DNA of 63,899 bases, filler included, from Octopus bimaculoides (lineage: Eukaryota): the NCBI RefSeq assembly GCF_001194135.2. It is 6 parts of 6 records of this genome, joined end to end, with 100 filler letters (N's around TTAATTAATTAA, not from the genome) between each part and the next. Parts side by side here need not be neighbours in the genome. Positions count along the whole stretch, not along the records: positions 19,306 to 35,908 come from NC_068983.1; positions 36,009 to 42,622 come from NC_068984.1; 4 more parts are not named here. The stretch is one strand, 5' to 3'. The position numbers were made by a program, and so were the translations under genes. The notes under the pieces are model-generated. The model did not search any database. It worked only from the letters and a program-made list of their open reading frames with translations, and was not told where the DNA came from. Positions 26,504 to 40,131 of this stretch are shown piece by piece. Position 1 is the first letter of the stretch. Every line of letters starts with the position of its first letter.

Positions 26504-26591
<88 letters not shown>

Positions 26592-26871
26592 TCACTTTTG
26601 AGCTATGTTTTAAAAAGTTCACCCATTAATACCTGTTTGTATCATTAAGCAAAACTTGTTTGAATATTGGCTTTCAATAATTGTTTAGCATTTAGAAGAC
26701 TTCAGTTATGATTAGATTGCTTTGCTAAGTCATCATGCTTAGTCATGAAGCAAATAAATAAGTTATTCTTTCACTTTCGACTTTGCTTTTTCGGTTTCGC
26801 TGTGAGTTCTGCATGACTGCTAGCTGTATGTCGTTCAAGAGAAGCTTCGAAGTGTTCAGAACAAGAAATGG

Positions 26872-28370
26872 ATGCGAAATTTGGTGCAGTCCCATTTATC
26901 TAGAGGTCATATTCCTGTAGAAGAAGCCTCACTGGCCAGCAAAAGCGGAATGCTACTCAAAGAACAGATTGTTGGTCGGTACCAGTTTCTTTGGAAATCA
27001 ATTAAAGGCAGAAAGGAGAGAGTGGTGGAATTATCAATAGAAGAGACACTACTGTGGAGAGATAAACTGAATTTTCCAATCATTTCCGAGCAAGAAACTC
27101 GATCCAAGCTCGAGAATGTGCAACATATGTATGACCAATGCGCCAAGAAAGGAAAATTGGAGCCATTAGAACTGTTACATATTACCAAAATGGCTCAATG
27201 CTGATGACAAGAAAGCCTTACTTCATCCAACGCCAAAGCAAGTGCAAAGTGGGCAATTCGACAGGCAAAGTTTCAAGCAAGTTCACTATCGATTCTTTCA
27301 AAAGAAGATGCTCTGATGCTGAAGCCTCCTATTCTTTATCAAACCCAGCATTGATATTCCACATCCTAGTCAGCAAGTAGTCAACAAGGCATTTACAAGG
27401 CACCCTTCAAGAAAGCTGGTGAAATGAAGAAACACTTGATCGATATGCTACGCAATCAGAAATGGAGCCTGCATTTCGATGGTAAACATATTGACGGAAA
27501 TGAATATCAAGCGGTTGTCATCAAGAATGAAACAAGCGAAATTAAGCTGGCTGCTCTGAAGCTGCGTGATGGCAATACTGAAACCATTGCAGAAGGATTG
27601 AAAAGCATCTTAGACGAATTTCACTTGTGGGGCGTAATCTCAATGATCATTGCTGATAGGACGAGTGTGAAGACAGGACGAAAGGGTGGGGCAATGGTCT
27701 GACTTCAGAGTCCTTTCTTGAAGAAAGGCTATGAGAAGCTACAATTCGTAAGTTGTCAACACCATGCCCTGTGCGTTATTATGGATGATGAGCTAGCAGG
27801 CGCAAGCAATGCACCCAACATCAAATATTCTTTTGTCAAAGATCTCATGACGAGTTATGAAGAAATCTAAAGCTCCTTCCAGAAAGGAACTCCTGTCATT
27901 GATGATCAAGCTTGCTGGTGAGATGATATGAAGTTTCCGTTCCACATAACCCGTGTTTTCAGGTTCTCCCATGAAAACAAAGACCTAACTTTCTTCAAGG
28001 TTCAGAAAATTCCGAGCATTTGTAATGCCAGATGGAATTTGCGAACAATCTTAGCTTTTCTTGCATTTTTCCTCCTGCCACATGCAGGAGAAAGATTTCA
28101 GATAGTCTGCCAGTTCATCTCATATGACTGTGTAGACCACTGATTCAGTGACCAAATGTATAGAGCGGAATATCATGCGCAGCTATCGCAAGTCTTACTA
28201 CGCTACAAGATTGCTTCGAAATACTAAACAAATCACTGGTAACAAGAGCCATCAAAAGTAAACATCAACAGAAGCAATCAATGCTGTGAGCGAGAAATTG
28301 AGGTCATATAAGAACTACACGTCACATGCATGAACAAAGCCAACGTACCATTCCGTTTCATTCTCTCTAA
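26872..28370 (+). pseudogene. Decayed hAT-like (hATm-type) transposase
   Basis: Ordered motifs LW..KLNFPI, D.K..FIQRQ, LHFDGK, ADRTSVKTGRKGG, CQHH, W.DDM, NARW across several frames with stops. The family assignment rests on recalled motifs. Confidence 0.6.
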
Positions 28371-28789
28371 TGACTTGCCACAAATTGACTATCGACTAAT
28401 TTCACTTTATATAACTTAGCTCCTTTTTGTCGTTCTGGAATGCATAATATAGTTCTTTTAACAGTTATGGATTAAACGTTTTGGATCTTTCCGCTTTTTT
28501 TGTTTATTATCCAACCAGGGTTCTAGTTCTTTGAAATCCACCCGAATTCAAGCGAGTATGAAAAGTTAGACACGGGTGAAAGTTTTGGTCAAATACAAAA
28601 CAAAAACAAAAAAAAACATTGATTTTCATTGTTTTCTAGCATAAGCACATCAGAATATGATTCAGGACTATAGAGTTGCAAAAGGTTGGTGGTAGTGGTA
28701 ATGGTGGTGGTCGTATTAGTAGTAGTAGTAGTAGTAGTAGTAACATCTACAAGAGTAACTTGAGATGTTGAAACGCTTTTAATGAAAGT

Positions 28790-29820
28790 ATAAGATTAGA
28801 ATATATCCAAAGTAGATAACATTTGATTTGAAATAACACAAGTTAAACGTTAAAAGTATCGTAGAAAGCACAAAACATTAGACAGGATATGTACTAATGA
28901 GACGTACTGCAAGTGAATTAAGAGATACAAATCTTCTCGAGGAATAGATTGCAATGGGATCTGCTAATTATATTCCTAGAAAGGTGATTGCGGCAATACA
29001 ATGTTTTGGAATTGATAAATTAACAGCCCTGCTCATTAACATGTACAAAACAAAGAGGAAACCAGAAGAAATGTCCAAATTAACTTTTGTTGCACTTGCC
29101 CACCTTACAATATTAGGGCAATCAAATGTGAACTATAGAAAAACCATCAGACTGCTCATTGCAATACACAACTATGTGTCGAGTTTTAACGCTTAAATCT
29201 AGAATTAGAATGAAGCTTGGGATACCGGGATGCAGAATGCATTTATCGAGAAAAAAACAGATGTTTAAAATTTATTTCATTCTGATTAACATAACCGAGT
29301 AAAGGATACGCAAGAAGACCTCTAGCTATGTTTCAGTGGACTACACACAAACAAAGTGAAAAACGGCTCTCGGTCTTAAAAATGAAAAATAAAATCGACA
29401 ATTACAGTCTCAAAGAAAATAGCATCACTACTTAACATAAAAACCACAAGAACATCTTTGAAGCAAGTCGGTAAGTTTAAATAGACGGAAACTATCTTTA
29501 TATAAAAGCGGAAAAATGATAAAAGATTTAATTTTGAGAATCGGACAAAATAATGTTGCGTATGGTATAATCAAACTTATATATTATGAAATAAACAGCA
29601 CTAATGCGAGATAAAGTGTCCGAACAATATATATAGGATTATCGGTACATAGAGTTGTGTTTCTTGGGACCTCAATGAAAAAGTACCAAAACTTATCACT
29701 ATAGCAGATATATTGTTAGAAGAGTGTTGAATATATCTTATGCCTAAGGACCTCTATAAACTTCACGATTTTAAAAAGGCGAAAGATCACCAGAAATCTT
29801 TTACAAAACACAAAGAAACA
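28790..29820 (+). mobile_element. Decayed RTE-clade LINE fragment
   Basis: IAAIQCFGIDKLTALLINMYKT..PEEMSK..FVAL, then QEDL.LCF..DY, resembling the RTE RT N-terminal region. Confidence 0.55.
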
Positions 29821-31625
29821 AGAAGCTCACTTAATTGTATACCTTATTAGGAAAATATAGTTTTAAAATTCTATTTATTATAATTACAGTTGCTATGTAA
29901 TTAAGGTAATTAAATCTGACTAAATGTGCACTCATATACCTATATGCACAAAATATTTATAAAACTTTAAAATCTTGCTTAAATAGGACGATTTAATTAA
30001 AGAAAAAAAAAGCAACTTATCTGCATATAGCTGTAAAGACTACTTTTATGATGCTGAGGGAACTCCACATTCTTGAATAAAATGTTCGTGAAATCATCCT
30101 ATTTAATGTTTAATACTTGGAAAATCAGAGTCATCTTTTAAAAGTTCTTGCATTAAATTGGTCAAGGAGACATTCGCGTCCTGCAATAGATTGATATGGA
30201 TAGCATACAAATTACGAAAGCACTTTAGCTTGAAATGTTTTTGTGCGTCACTTGCATAATCCAATGCTATCAGTTTCTCTGATTGCACATATTTTGAAGA
30301 ACTGGTATTCTTAATATAGAACATTCGTCAGTTTCCATGGTGCCCTTGCCAGGATGTCAGTAATTCAAATCTAATGTAAAGGGTTGGGTTCCGTTTTGTG
30401 GAAAATGGTGTATCCATTACATGTGAAATGGGTTCCGCCACACTAGGTTGAGTATCCTTTTACTGCAATATTTCTTCGCAGTTTTTAATTACCATTATTA
30501 GGAAGTGTTGCCACTTTTCCTGCTTTCGCAAATGTCTGCTCATCACCTTTACCACAAGTTGCCAAAGCATAACAGCTACAAAGGGGATCTTCGATGTTAT
30601 TCACTTACGGATGTCGTTCTGGTTCTGTGTCACGCTCTATTATTCCGTTTCCTCCCCATTGCTACTTCCGCTAAGGAGGAGTGAGTACGTTGTTCCTCGT
30701 TCTGGTTGATATTTGAAAGTGCGAGTCTGGCAGTTTTCTCCAAATACTTCAGAGTTACCCCTGGTGCCACAAGAGAAATAGACGACTCTGTAATTTGTTG
30801 TTGGTGCATTGTATTATAGTTTGGAATCCTTATGCGAAGAACCATTAAAGGGCCTTCCTTATACATATGTACCCACACGGCTTTCTGCCCTGGTGAGTAA
30901 AAAAAAAATGATATTATCATCACAACGGAAAGTTAACCCGTATGTTTGTAAAATAGTGTGCCGCTCAGAAGCCTGGTATTATCAGCAAAAAAATCAACTG
31001 ATTGAATTTTCCACGAAAGAAATTTAAACGCTAGGTGGAGAGATAAAACAAAGTAATGAATTATGTCCGTTAATCTAGTGAAACAGAAATGATTTCATTT
31101 ATGACACCCAATGAACAGATAATTCAGTTGATGGAGCACACAATTCCCTCTCGTCGAACCTGACAGAAATTCGCCCGTAAATATACACAAGCACACATGT
31201 ACACATGAGTAGATACGTCGTTTGTGTGTTAAGATATATATGGTTAAATGTGTTGCTATTACCGACAGCGGTGCCTACAGAACATACGTAGAGACACAAT
31301 AACGTGAGCACAGAACTTCACTCAATGATTTGTCGAAATGTACGAGGGAATACAATAATCATTGCACTGTTCGTTTCTCGTCATCACGTTAAGACGGCTG
31401 TCTGCACAAGAGCAAGCGTTTTTATTCTCTTTAGCTTCATTTTTGAACTATGTAGAACGAATTTCACCATAGTGTTGTTATTTTGGCTCTCTGTTGGTAT
31501 TATCATTATAGATCAAACACCGGTCGAACAAGAGATCACTAATGTTAAGTGACGGCCAATCTTATGACTCTGTTATATATATATATATATATATATTATA
31601 ATAAAATAGATCTGTGTGTGTTCAC

Positions 31626-31809
31626 CTTGCAAGGGAAAACGGCTGCGCGAATTGCTTCCGTAGTTGGAATGCATAAATAATTTGACCTCGGATACATAAT
31701 AGGGTCATCAGTTTATTTCTTTTATTAAAAATAAATAATATTGCTTTATATTTATGATTCACTTCCTTTAAATGGTCTCTCAATGTCAACTTCCGGTATT
31801 GACGTGGCA
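31626..31809 (-). promoter_or_regulatory. Possible promoter and first exon of an unidentified minus-strand gene
   Basis: ETS-like ACTTCCGG (31789-31796) adjacent to TGACGTGGCA (CREB3/XBP1-like, 31800-31809), in locally CpG-richer sequence; donor caag|gtgaac at 31626. Confidence 0.3.
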
Positions 31810-32300
31810 ACGCCCAAATTTTCCGTTTTAATTCGTGAAATCTCTCACTCTCTATTTTAATGTTTTCATTTCAAGTTTTAATTCGCTATTTGGAAACAGC
31901 TACAATAAATTACTGAAAGTAATATTTACTGAGTTCACAAACTTAAATATTTGGTACATGTTTATTTCATTTACTGTTTCTGATGTTCTCTCCCCACCCC
32001 TCTCTCGCACACTCCCACTCCATGTTTGATTTCTTTATTACAAAAACGTCAAATAAAAAATGTGTAATTCACATGGGCCATCAACCTTCGGTAATTACCG
32101 TAATTTTTTTTATTTATTTGCTTTTACCTCGCCGTGTTCAGCTCTATATATTTGTAGTTAGTGACACACGTGCACGTGTGTTTTTGTATGTACTTTTGTA
32201 TGCATTTATGTATGTGTGTGTGTTTGTATGTGTGCGCACGTGTCTGTGAGACACACACACGGAAAGATAGAGAGAGGAATAGCCAGTGATGTCTAAGTGG

Positions 32301-32348
<48 letters not shown>

Positions 32349-32601
32349 AACACGCACACATGTATACAAAAAAGATGTTGTTGCTTCCCCGTAGATTAGC
32401 CTCTCGAAAAAAGTAATCGATAAATACCAGGTTTAAAATATAAGCCCTGGCTTTGATTCGTTCGATTAAAATTTTTCAAAGAGAAGCTCCAGCGTAGCCG
32501 CTGTCTACTGGCTGAAAGGATAAATGATGTAAAACACTCACATATTTTAACGAGGATTGGTGCGAATTTTTATCAATTTTGACTATATTCTTGACTAAAT
32601 A

Positions 32602-32820
32602 GATCCTTTTCTACTCTAGGCACAAGGCCCGAAATTTATGGGGAAGAGGCAAGTCGATTAGATCGACCCCAGTACGTAACTAGTACTTAATTTGTCGACC
32701 CCGAAAGGATGATAGGCAAAGTCGACCTCGTCGGAATTTGAACTCAGAACACAAAGACAGACGAAATACGACTAAGCATTTCGACCGGCGTGCTAACGTT
32801 TCTGCCAGCTCACCGCTTTC
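32602..32820 (-). mobile_element. Full-length Deu/Nin-like tRNA SINE
   Basis: Head gcggtgagctggcagaaacgttag, B-box gagttcaaattcc, central ctttcggggtcgac domain, 3' ggccttgtgcctagagtagaaaag. Confidence 0.9.
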
Positions 32821-33438
32821 TCAGCTAAATTTATTAACATATGAATAAATAACGAAGCGAAAAGTGGAAGAGTGTCCTCTCAGCTGCAATACTAGGAATA
32901 GTAACTTGATAACCCTCAAGAGCCACCCTACCTACCATTTCGAAATGATTGAGTAATCTGTTTGTCAGCAACTTCCGTGTTGTATGTCATTACTAACAGG
33001 GTGGCTGACCGGAAGCTTCATTCACAATAACACCATACAGAGTGGAAATACGAACACAGATATCCCGTCGCATACCTAATATACGAGAGAAATCTCTTCA
33101 GCACAGAGGGTCATGTTAGTATACTTTCATGTTTAGATAATACTACATGATGCTCGAGTTACAGCTGATTCTCACGGTGCAATGCATCGTTTCTCAGTTT
33201 TCTATCAACACTTACACATGAAACGATCTTACAATATATGATAAAGATAGAGGTCGGTCCGTTTTTGAGTTGGGAGCTAAATATCTTTTCCATAAAGAAA
33301 GTGAAACGATCAGCGACGGATCTCCTGTATAGACGAGGGACTGGCTAGAAAAGAAGACTTATGTCTCGCGAGTTAGTCGTTACTGCCTGAAAGTGAGAGC
33401 AACACATTGGATAATACTATGCAGTGTATGTAATGACT

Positions 33439-33600
33439 AAGGCGGTGAGCTAGAATAATGGTCAGCAAGTTGGCTGAAATGCTTAGCAGCGTTTCGTTCG
33501 TCTTTACGCTGAGGTCAACTTTGCCTTTCATCGATTCGGGATCGCTAAAATAAGTACTACCTGAGTCGATGTAATTAATTTACCCCTCCACCGAAGTTGT
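33439..33600 (+). mobile_element. Decayed Deu/Nin-like SINE
   Basis: aaggcggtgagct...gaggtcaactttgcctttcatc. Confidence 0.7.
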
Positions 33601-34084
33601 TGAAATTGTGTCAAAATTTGAAATCAATACCAGCAATGTCTGAAGAAAAGAAGGCATTTATGTGGCAAGAATATGCTATCTGAAGAGTCTGCTCGAACTG
33701 AGATCACCCTGTCAGATCACCATCAAGATACCCTTTACTCTCTTAGGAAAAAGGAAACAATTGATAAGTTAGTTCAAGGTACAGGATTATGTATTAAACA
33801 TATTTGATCTTATGTCTACATGATCAAGTCTAGCTTCGAATTAAATAAAACAGTAAAAATATTTCGCAGAGGAAATGAACTGCGCATTCTTCATTCACTT
33901 AGGAAAATTTGTCTTCCAATATTTTGAATATTAGAAAAAGGAGTCGAATAAAACAGAAAGAAAACAACGATGATAATTATAGAAAATAGAGTCCATCTCT
34001 GAACCACAAAGCTCTATTACACAGAAGGAATACGTTGAGGTGTAATGGGATAAAAGGAAGTCATTGTCGTTATTACATACAAAC

Positions 34085-34117
<33 letters not shown>

Positions 34118-36559
34118 AACAATGTTAATTCTCTATATGAAGTATTAACAGTAACTGCACGATAAAGTGTAGTATATTGCCACTTAAGTGTCTCTTCATT
34201 CCTACTTCTCTTCCCACTACTCTTCCTACTTNNNNNNNNNNNNNNNNNNNNNNNNNNNNNNNNNNNNNNNNNNNNNNNNNNNNNNNNNNNNNNNNNNNNN
34301 NNNNNNNNNNNNNNNNNNNNNNNNNNNNNNNNNNNNNNNNNNNNNNNNNNNNNNNNNNNNNNNNNNNNNNNNNNNNNNNNNNNNNNNNNNNNNNNNNNNN
34401 NNNNNNNNNNNNNNNNNNNNNNNNNNNNNNNNNNNNNNNNNNNNNNNNNNNNNNNNNNNNNNNNNNNNNNNNNNNNNNNNNNNNNNNNNNNNNNNNNNNN
34501 NNNNNNNNNNNNNNNNNNNNNNNNNNNNNNNNNNNNNNNNNNNNNNNNNNNNNNNNNNNNNNNNNNNNNNNNNNNNNNNNNNNNNNNNNNNNNNNNNNNN
34601 NNNNNNNNNNNNNNNNNNNNNNNNNNNNNNNNNNNNNNNNNNNNNNNNNNNNNNNNNNNNNNNNNNNNNNNNNNNNNNNNNNNNNNNNNNNNNNNNNNNN
34701 NNNNNNNNNNNNNNNNNNNNNNNNNNNNNNNNNNNNNNNNNNNNNNNNNNNNNNNNNNNNNNNNNNNNNNNNNNNNNNNNNNNNNNNNNNNNNNNNNNNN
34801 NNNNNNNNNNNNNNNNNNNNNNNNNNNNNNNNNNNNNNNNNNNNNNNNNNNNNNNNNNNNNNNNNNNNNNNNNNNNNNNNNNNNNNNNNNNNNNNNNNNN
34901 NNNNNNNNNNNNNNNNNNNNNNNNNNNNNNNNATATATATATATATATATATATATGCATATATCTAGTTATATATACGCACGCGTATACTTATAATATA
35001 CTTTATATATATTTATATATATATACATATATATACGAATGTACATATGCTTATATGCTTGCATGTATATATATATACTCGTATGCGTATCTCTGCATGC
35101 GTATTTAAAGTTTAGATATGCAGATACGCACATGAAATATTTTTTTGTATAGAACAAGGGAAATGGGAACAATATATGGGTGATATTATATCTGATCAGA
35201 TAAACTACATGAGTATACTTAACCATAAATGTATATATGAACCTATTTCATCTTTATATAAAATCGTGTGTATTTCAGCTTGCTATATCTCTGTTTGTAT
35301 GTAGTTGCCGTTCATTGTTTTTGTGTTGGGTGATTATACTTATCTCTTTGTATTCTATTGTTCTTTATTGAAATCAGATTACAGAATTGCCTTTCTTACT
35401 ATACTTCGATATTTCCTTATCGTATCATCAGATATATTCAGTTTTGATGAAAAAGACATTAGATATATTTCCACCGCAAACCGATCTATTATGACCTCAA
35501 CTGATTAGAAAATATAGTTTTATAAACAATAAGAAAGAAATATTGAATTTGATATTTTCAAAAAGTATTAAGTTGTGCTATGTCATTCATTTATCAAATT
35601 GTTGAACATACACACACACACACACACGCACACACACACATACTCACACACACATACTCACAATCACACACACACACACACATCCGCGTGCACACAAAGA
35701 ATTGAAGAATGTGGAATATATTTCTCTGTTTGGTATAGCGAATATATTAAAAGTGAAAATTCATTTTATGAAATGACAATAATCTCATTCAATTCGTATT
35801 GTGGAATAATGAAAATATTTACATTGCTTAAATGTGTATTGAATTCAGACTTAATTATAAACAAGAGACACTAATTTCCACATGAGACTTCAGATATTTG
35901 TTTAAAGTNNNNNNNNNNNNNNNNNNNNNNNNNNNNNNNNNNNNNNNNNNNNTTAATTAATTAANNNNNNNNNNNNNNNNNNNNNNNNNNNNNNNNNNNN
36001 NNNNNNNNATATATATAAACATATATATCTTACAAATATATAATACACACACATATCTATCAGATATGTATAGCCTGGTTGTATTTTTTGTTTCTATTAT
36101 TTTCTTTTAGTATTGTAGTTGTAGTTCTTGTTGTTGTTGTTGCTGATTATCCCATCTGTTCCTTTATATCACTTATATAGTTGTTAGCATCATTCATTTG
36201 TTATTGTTATTTTTGTTATTTGGCGTCTTTCGTCGGCATTTTTTCCATATCTTTGCATCACCCACATCATTTCTAACGTTACATTTCAGTTGTTGATGAT
36301 GTTGTTTAACCCAGGGGTCAACTTTGATGAAACAGACCTGTTTGATCAAAGACATTCAAATCCAACCGTGACCCATACTTCCTTTTTGTCCCGTGTTAAA
36401 TTACATTATGCCATGTTTTCCTCTTTTTCTTTTTTTCATTTCCAAGTCGGCGTGATGGTAAGTGAGTATATTTAGAGGAAGATTTGACTATGATTTCTAG
36501 CAGTGCTTGTGACAACTTTTCATGGTTAACATCTTCATACTTAACAACATTCATATTGA

Positions 36560-37010
36560 TATCATTACTATTAATAATGTCGATAATGATGATGATGATG
36601 ATGATGATAACGACGACGGCGACGGTTATGATCATGATGATGATGGCAATGATGATGACGATGATTATGGTAATGATAATTCTTATGGTAATGATGATTA
36701 TTATGGTAATAGTGATGATGATTATTGTGACACATGTCGCATATGATGTTCAGTCACGTGAGCAACAGATTTGCTGATGGTGCAATAACATTTTTACTTC
36801 GTCATTGCCAACACAGTTTATCTGTCGTTCTTTAAGTTAGCAATCTTTTGTTTCAATTTGTCACGATAACAATAATGATGATGATGATGATGATGATGAA
36901 GGCGAGCGTCGTCGTCATCGCCGTCATCGTCCTCATCGTCATCGTCCTCATCGTCATCGTCATTCGTCATCTTTATTGTCATCGTCGCTGTATATTCATC
37001 GCCGTCTTTG
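36560..37010. repeat. (GAT/GAC)n and (CAT/CGT)n low-complexity tracts
   Basis: Trinucleotide runs. Confidence 0.85.
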
Positions 37011-37212
37011 TCCTCGTTGTTCTCGTTGTCCTACCTCGTCATCATCCAGCTACGTGTCTTTAATTTCATTCTTATTGTTGTAGATTTTTTAAATTCAGTT
37101 TGAAGCGGTGTGAGATTGGGATGTAGAATATATGCCCTTTATACACCCTTCCTCATATATACATATCTATACCTATCTTTATATAATAATAATAATAATA
37201 ATAATGATGATG

Positions 37213-37268
<56 letters not shown>

Positions 37269-38031
37269 CACTTTTTTAAAAGTGATTTAAAACCGGAAGC
37301 GGAGGCTCTATCTTGTGCTGTCCAAGAGCAAGCACTAAGAGCAAACTACATAAAATGCAGAATAGACAGCACATCAGAAAGTGATGAGTGCAGAATCTGT
37401 GGACAAAACGGTGAAACCGTATGGCATATTACCAGCCATTGTACGCCACTAGCCCAGAAGGAATATAAGAGAAGTCACGACAATATAGCCAGGCTTGTCC
37501 ATTGGACACTTTGCAACAAGTATGGACTTACAGAGCAAAAAATTGGTACAACCACCAACCTGAAGGCATTGTCGAAAATAGAAATGCAAAGATACTATGG
37601 GATTTTATGATTCAGTGCGACCATGAGATAGAGAATAGGAAGCCAGACATAGTCTTAATTGAGAAAGAAAACAAACTCTGCTGGATCATAGACATAGCAT
37701 GCTCAGCTGACAAGGTATGCGATAAGGAAGAAAGAAAAGTCTAGAGATATGACAGGTTAGCTTGGGAAGTTAAGCAGTTGTGGTCGATGAAAAAGGTAGC
37801 AGTAGTACGAATAATTGTCGGAGCCCTGGGTACAGTGAGCAAAAATCTCGAGAAGTACGTGGAACAAATAGGGGCTGCAATGAGGGTGGAGCACTTGCAG
37901 AAAACAGCACTGCTCGGAACCGCTCCAATACTCCGGAAGGTGCTCGAAAAATAAGAGGTGTTACCTTAGTTCACTGGTTGTGAACAGCTGACAGTGTAGT
38001 ACATCTCCAGCGTTAGAAGCTGTGCAAAGGC

Positions 38032-38034
<3 letters not shown>
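37269..38034 (+). mobile_element. 5'-truncated R4/Dong-type LINE (subfamily C) inside an (AAT)n tract
   Basis: LKPEAEAL..AVQEQALRANY..CRICGQNGETVWHITSHC, WDFMIQCDHEIENRKPDIV...IIDIAC, LQKTALLGTA..LRKVL; (AAT)n on both sides; 3' UTR distinct from subfamily A. Confidence 0.9.
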
Positions 38035-38115
<81 letters not shown>

Positions 38116-38189
38116 GATGATAATAATAATAATAATGATAATGATAATAATAATAATAATTATTATTATTATTATTAGTATGATATGAA

Positions 38190-38345
38190 GGCGCATGATC
38201 TAGTGGTTAAGGTGTTGCACTCACGATCGCAAGATCGTGAGCTAATGTACAGCAGATACATTTGATCACTATAAACGAATCTCTTGTGCAAGTCGTTCGG
38301 CAGAAGGTGAACGCTCATACGTCGTCTTCGACGGGAAAGTCCATG
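38190..38345 (+). mobile_element. Internally deleted tRNA-derived SINE
   Basis: Head ggcgcatgatctagtggttaaggtgttgcactcacgatcgcaagatcgtgag, shared with 42219 and 46155. Confidence 0.6.
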
Positions 38346-39345
38346 ATTTTTATTTAAAAGAGTTTAATTCAACTCCGAGCGACTTTAATGTTCCGCAGGC
38401 TTTTAACAGAAACCTAACTCAATCGGGCTTAGTTATTCTCAATTGGTACTTTATTTTATTATCGTCTTGAGGAGGTTGAAAGCCAAATTTGAACTTAGAA
38501 TGCCATGAGTCAGAACGAATACTGCAAGAAGCATTTCCTCCACGTGCTAACAATTCTGCTAGCTCGACGAATTGTAGTGCTCAGGTGCACTGTTAGTCGT
38601 TGGAACAGGTTGTTATCACGTTCCTCTCTTGTTAACGCCCTTGATCTGAGATTGTAATATGAGTTATCATTTAGAATTTATTGATGACACAACAAAAACG
38701 GTATTTATATAGTGTTATTATTGGTGACTCGACTGCTACTGTGCTGACAATTTTTTTTCAACCCCTTAAAATATATTTATGTCATCATCTTTGCGAGCGG
38801 TAGAACTGTTGCTGTAGTTTCATTCTACCCAGACAAAATAAACTGTGACACAGCTGTCGCTTGACACATCGTCGAGTACATTGTAGTATGTCTTGTTTTA
38901 TTTTCTGTCATAAGTTGTGCTGACACCACTGTATAATTCTCTATTTCTATATATTCTTTTCACACAAATTTTGTTAAATTTTTCTAGATATCATTCATGA
39001 CAACCCAAATGAAAAGTTGTCTAAATGTTAATAGTACGAGTGTTTGTATAGAGTGCAACGTACACATAACAAACGAGATTTATCTATTCAAAGACAAGCA
39101 GACTGTTTTGTTATTTTGTGTCATTATTTTGTGTCATTACATGTCATTGCGTAATCATTAGTTTTCTGCACAACGACAAATTTCTCGACACGCTAATTGC
39201 TGACACAGGTATACGACATATCCCGTTGTGATAAGGTTTCCTGCTGATACATTCATTACTTGTCAGCGAATAATAATGATCAGATTGTACAAAACTAATT
39301 TAATGCGCAACTAACTTTATCATACCTATTGTAAGTACAAACAAC

Positions 39346-39440
39346 CGTATATCAATATCTTTCCTGTATATCAACATCTCTTCTGTATATCAACATCTCT
39401 TCTGTATATCAATATCTCTTCTGTATATCAATATTTCTTC
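39346..39440. repeat. 19-bp tandem repeat, about 5 copies
   Basis: Unit gtatatcaacatctcttct. Confidence 0.85.
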
Positions 39441-40131
39441 CTGGTGGAACAGCTATTTCTTTTTATTTTATGCCCATAGATTTGGAATTCATATCAAAGT
39501 ATACAGATTCGTATTGGATGCTACCGTTTTGTACAACATGTGTAGCAACACAAGTGCAGCGAGTGAGCATGCGTTATGACACAGTATTGTCACGTATCTA
39601 AACAGTAATGGTGGTCGCAGATGGAACGCTTTTGATCATAGTCAGTGGGGTTGATGAGGATTAAACAACAAAAGTAAACCTTGTGTAGTGACATAGTCGG
39701 TCTAGTGTCAGCACGTTTAGTGTTACAAGTGGAGTGATAGATAAATAGGTGGATAAAGAAAGAGAGAGAGAGAGACAGAGAGAGAGAGACAGAGAGAGAG
39801 AGATGGAGGTGGTGCAGATGTGATACAGTATCTGTTGAGACACGGCAAATGTAGTCAAAGAACAGATACACTGTTGCAGCGAATGTAGTGTCACATCTGT
39901 TGCATTGACGTAAAACGTGTAGAGATGTAACAAGTGTAGAGCTGTAACAGGCGTAGCAGCTCAGGTTTAGTGATAACACGTGTAAGGACACAATAGATGT
40001 AGTGACACACTAAAAAGTCTAGCGATGCAGTTACTGCGCTGACACAGCTGACGTAACAAAAGATCTAGGGAAACTTAAATGGTTTAGGGACATAGATATT
40101 GTAGACACACCACAACTCCCTAATTCGTCTG

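Noticed and set aside
35395-35450. Minus-strand CTGATGA...GAAG hammerhead-like string
   Set aside because: GAAG instead of GAAA, and no stem I.
36522-36746. Asp-rich ORF resembling acidic biomineralisation proteins (also 41141-41353)
   Set aside because: Pure (GAT/GAC)n microsatellite; no signal peptide or splice support, and all frames give homopolymeric peptides.
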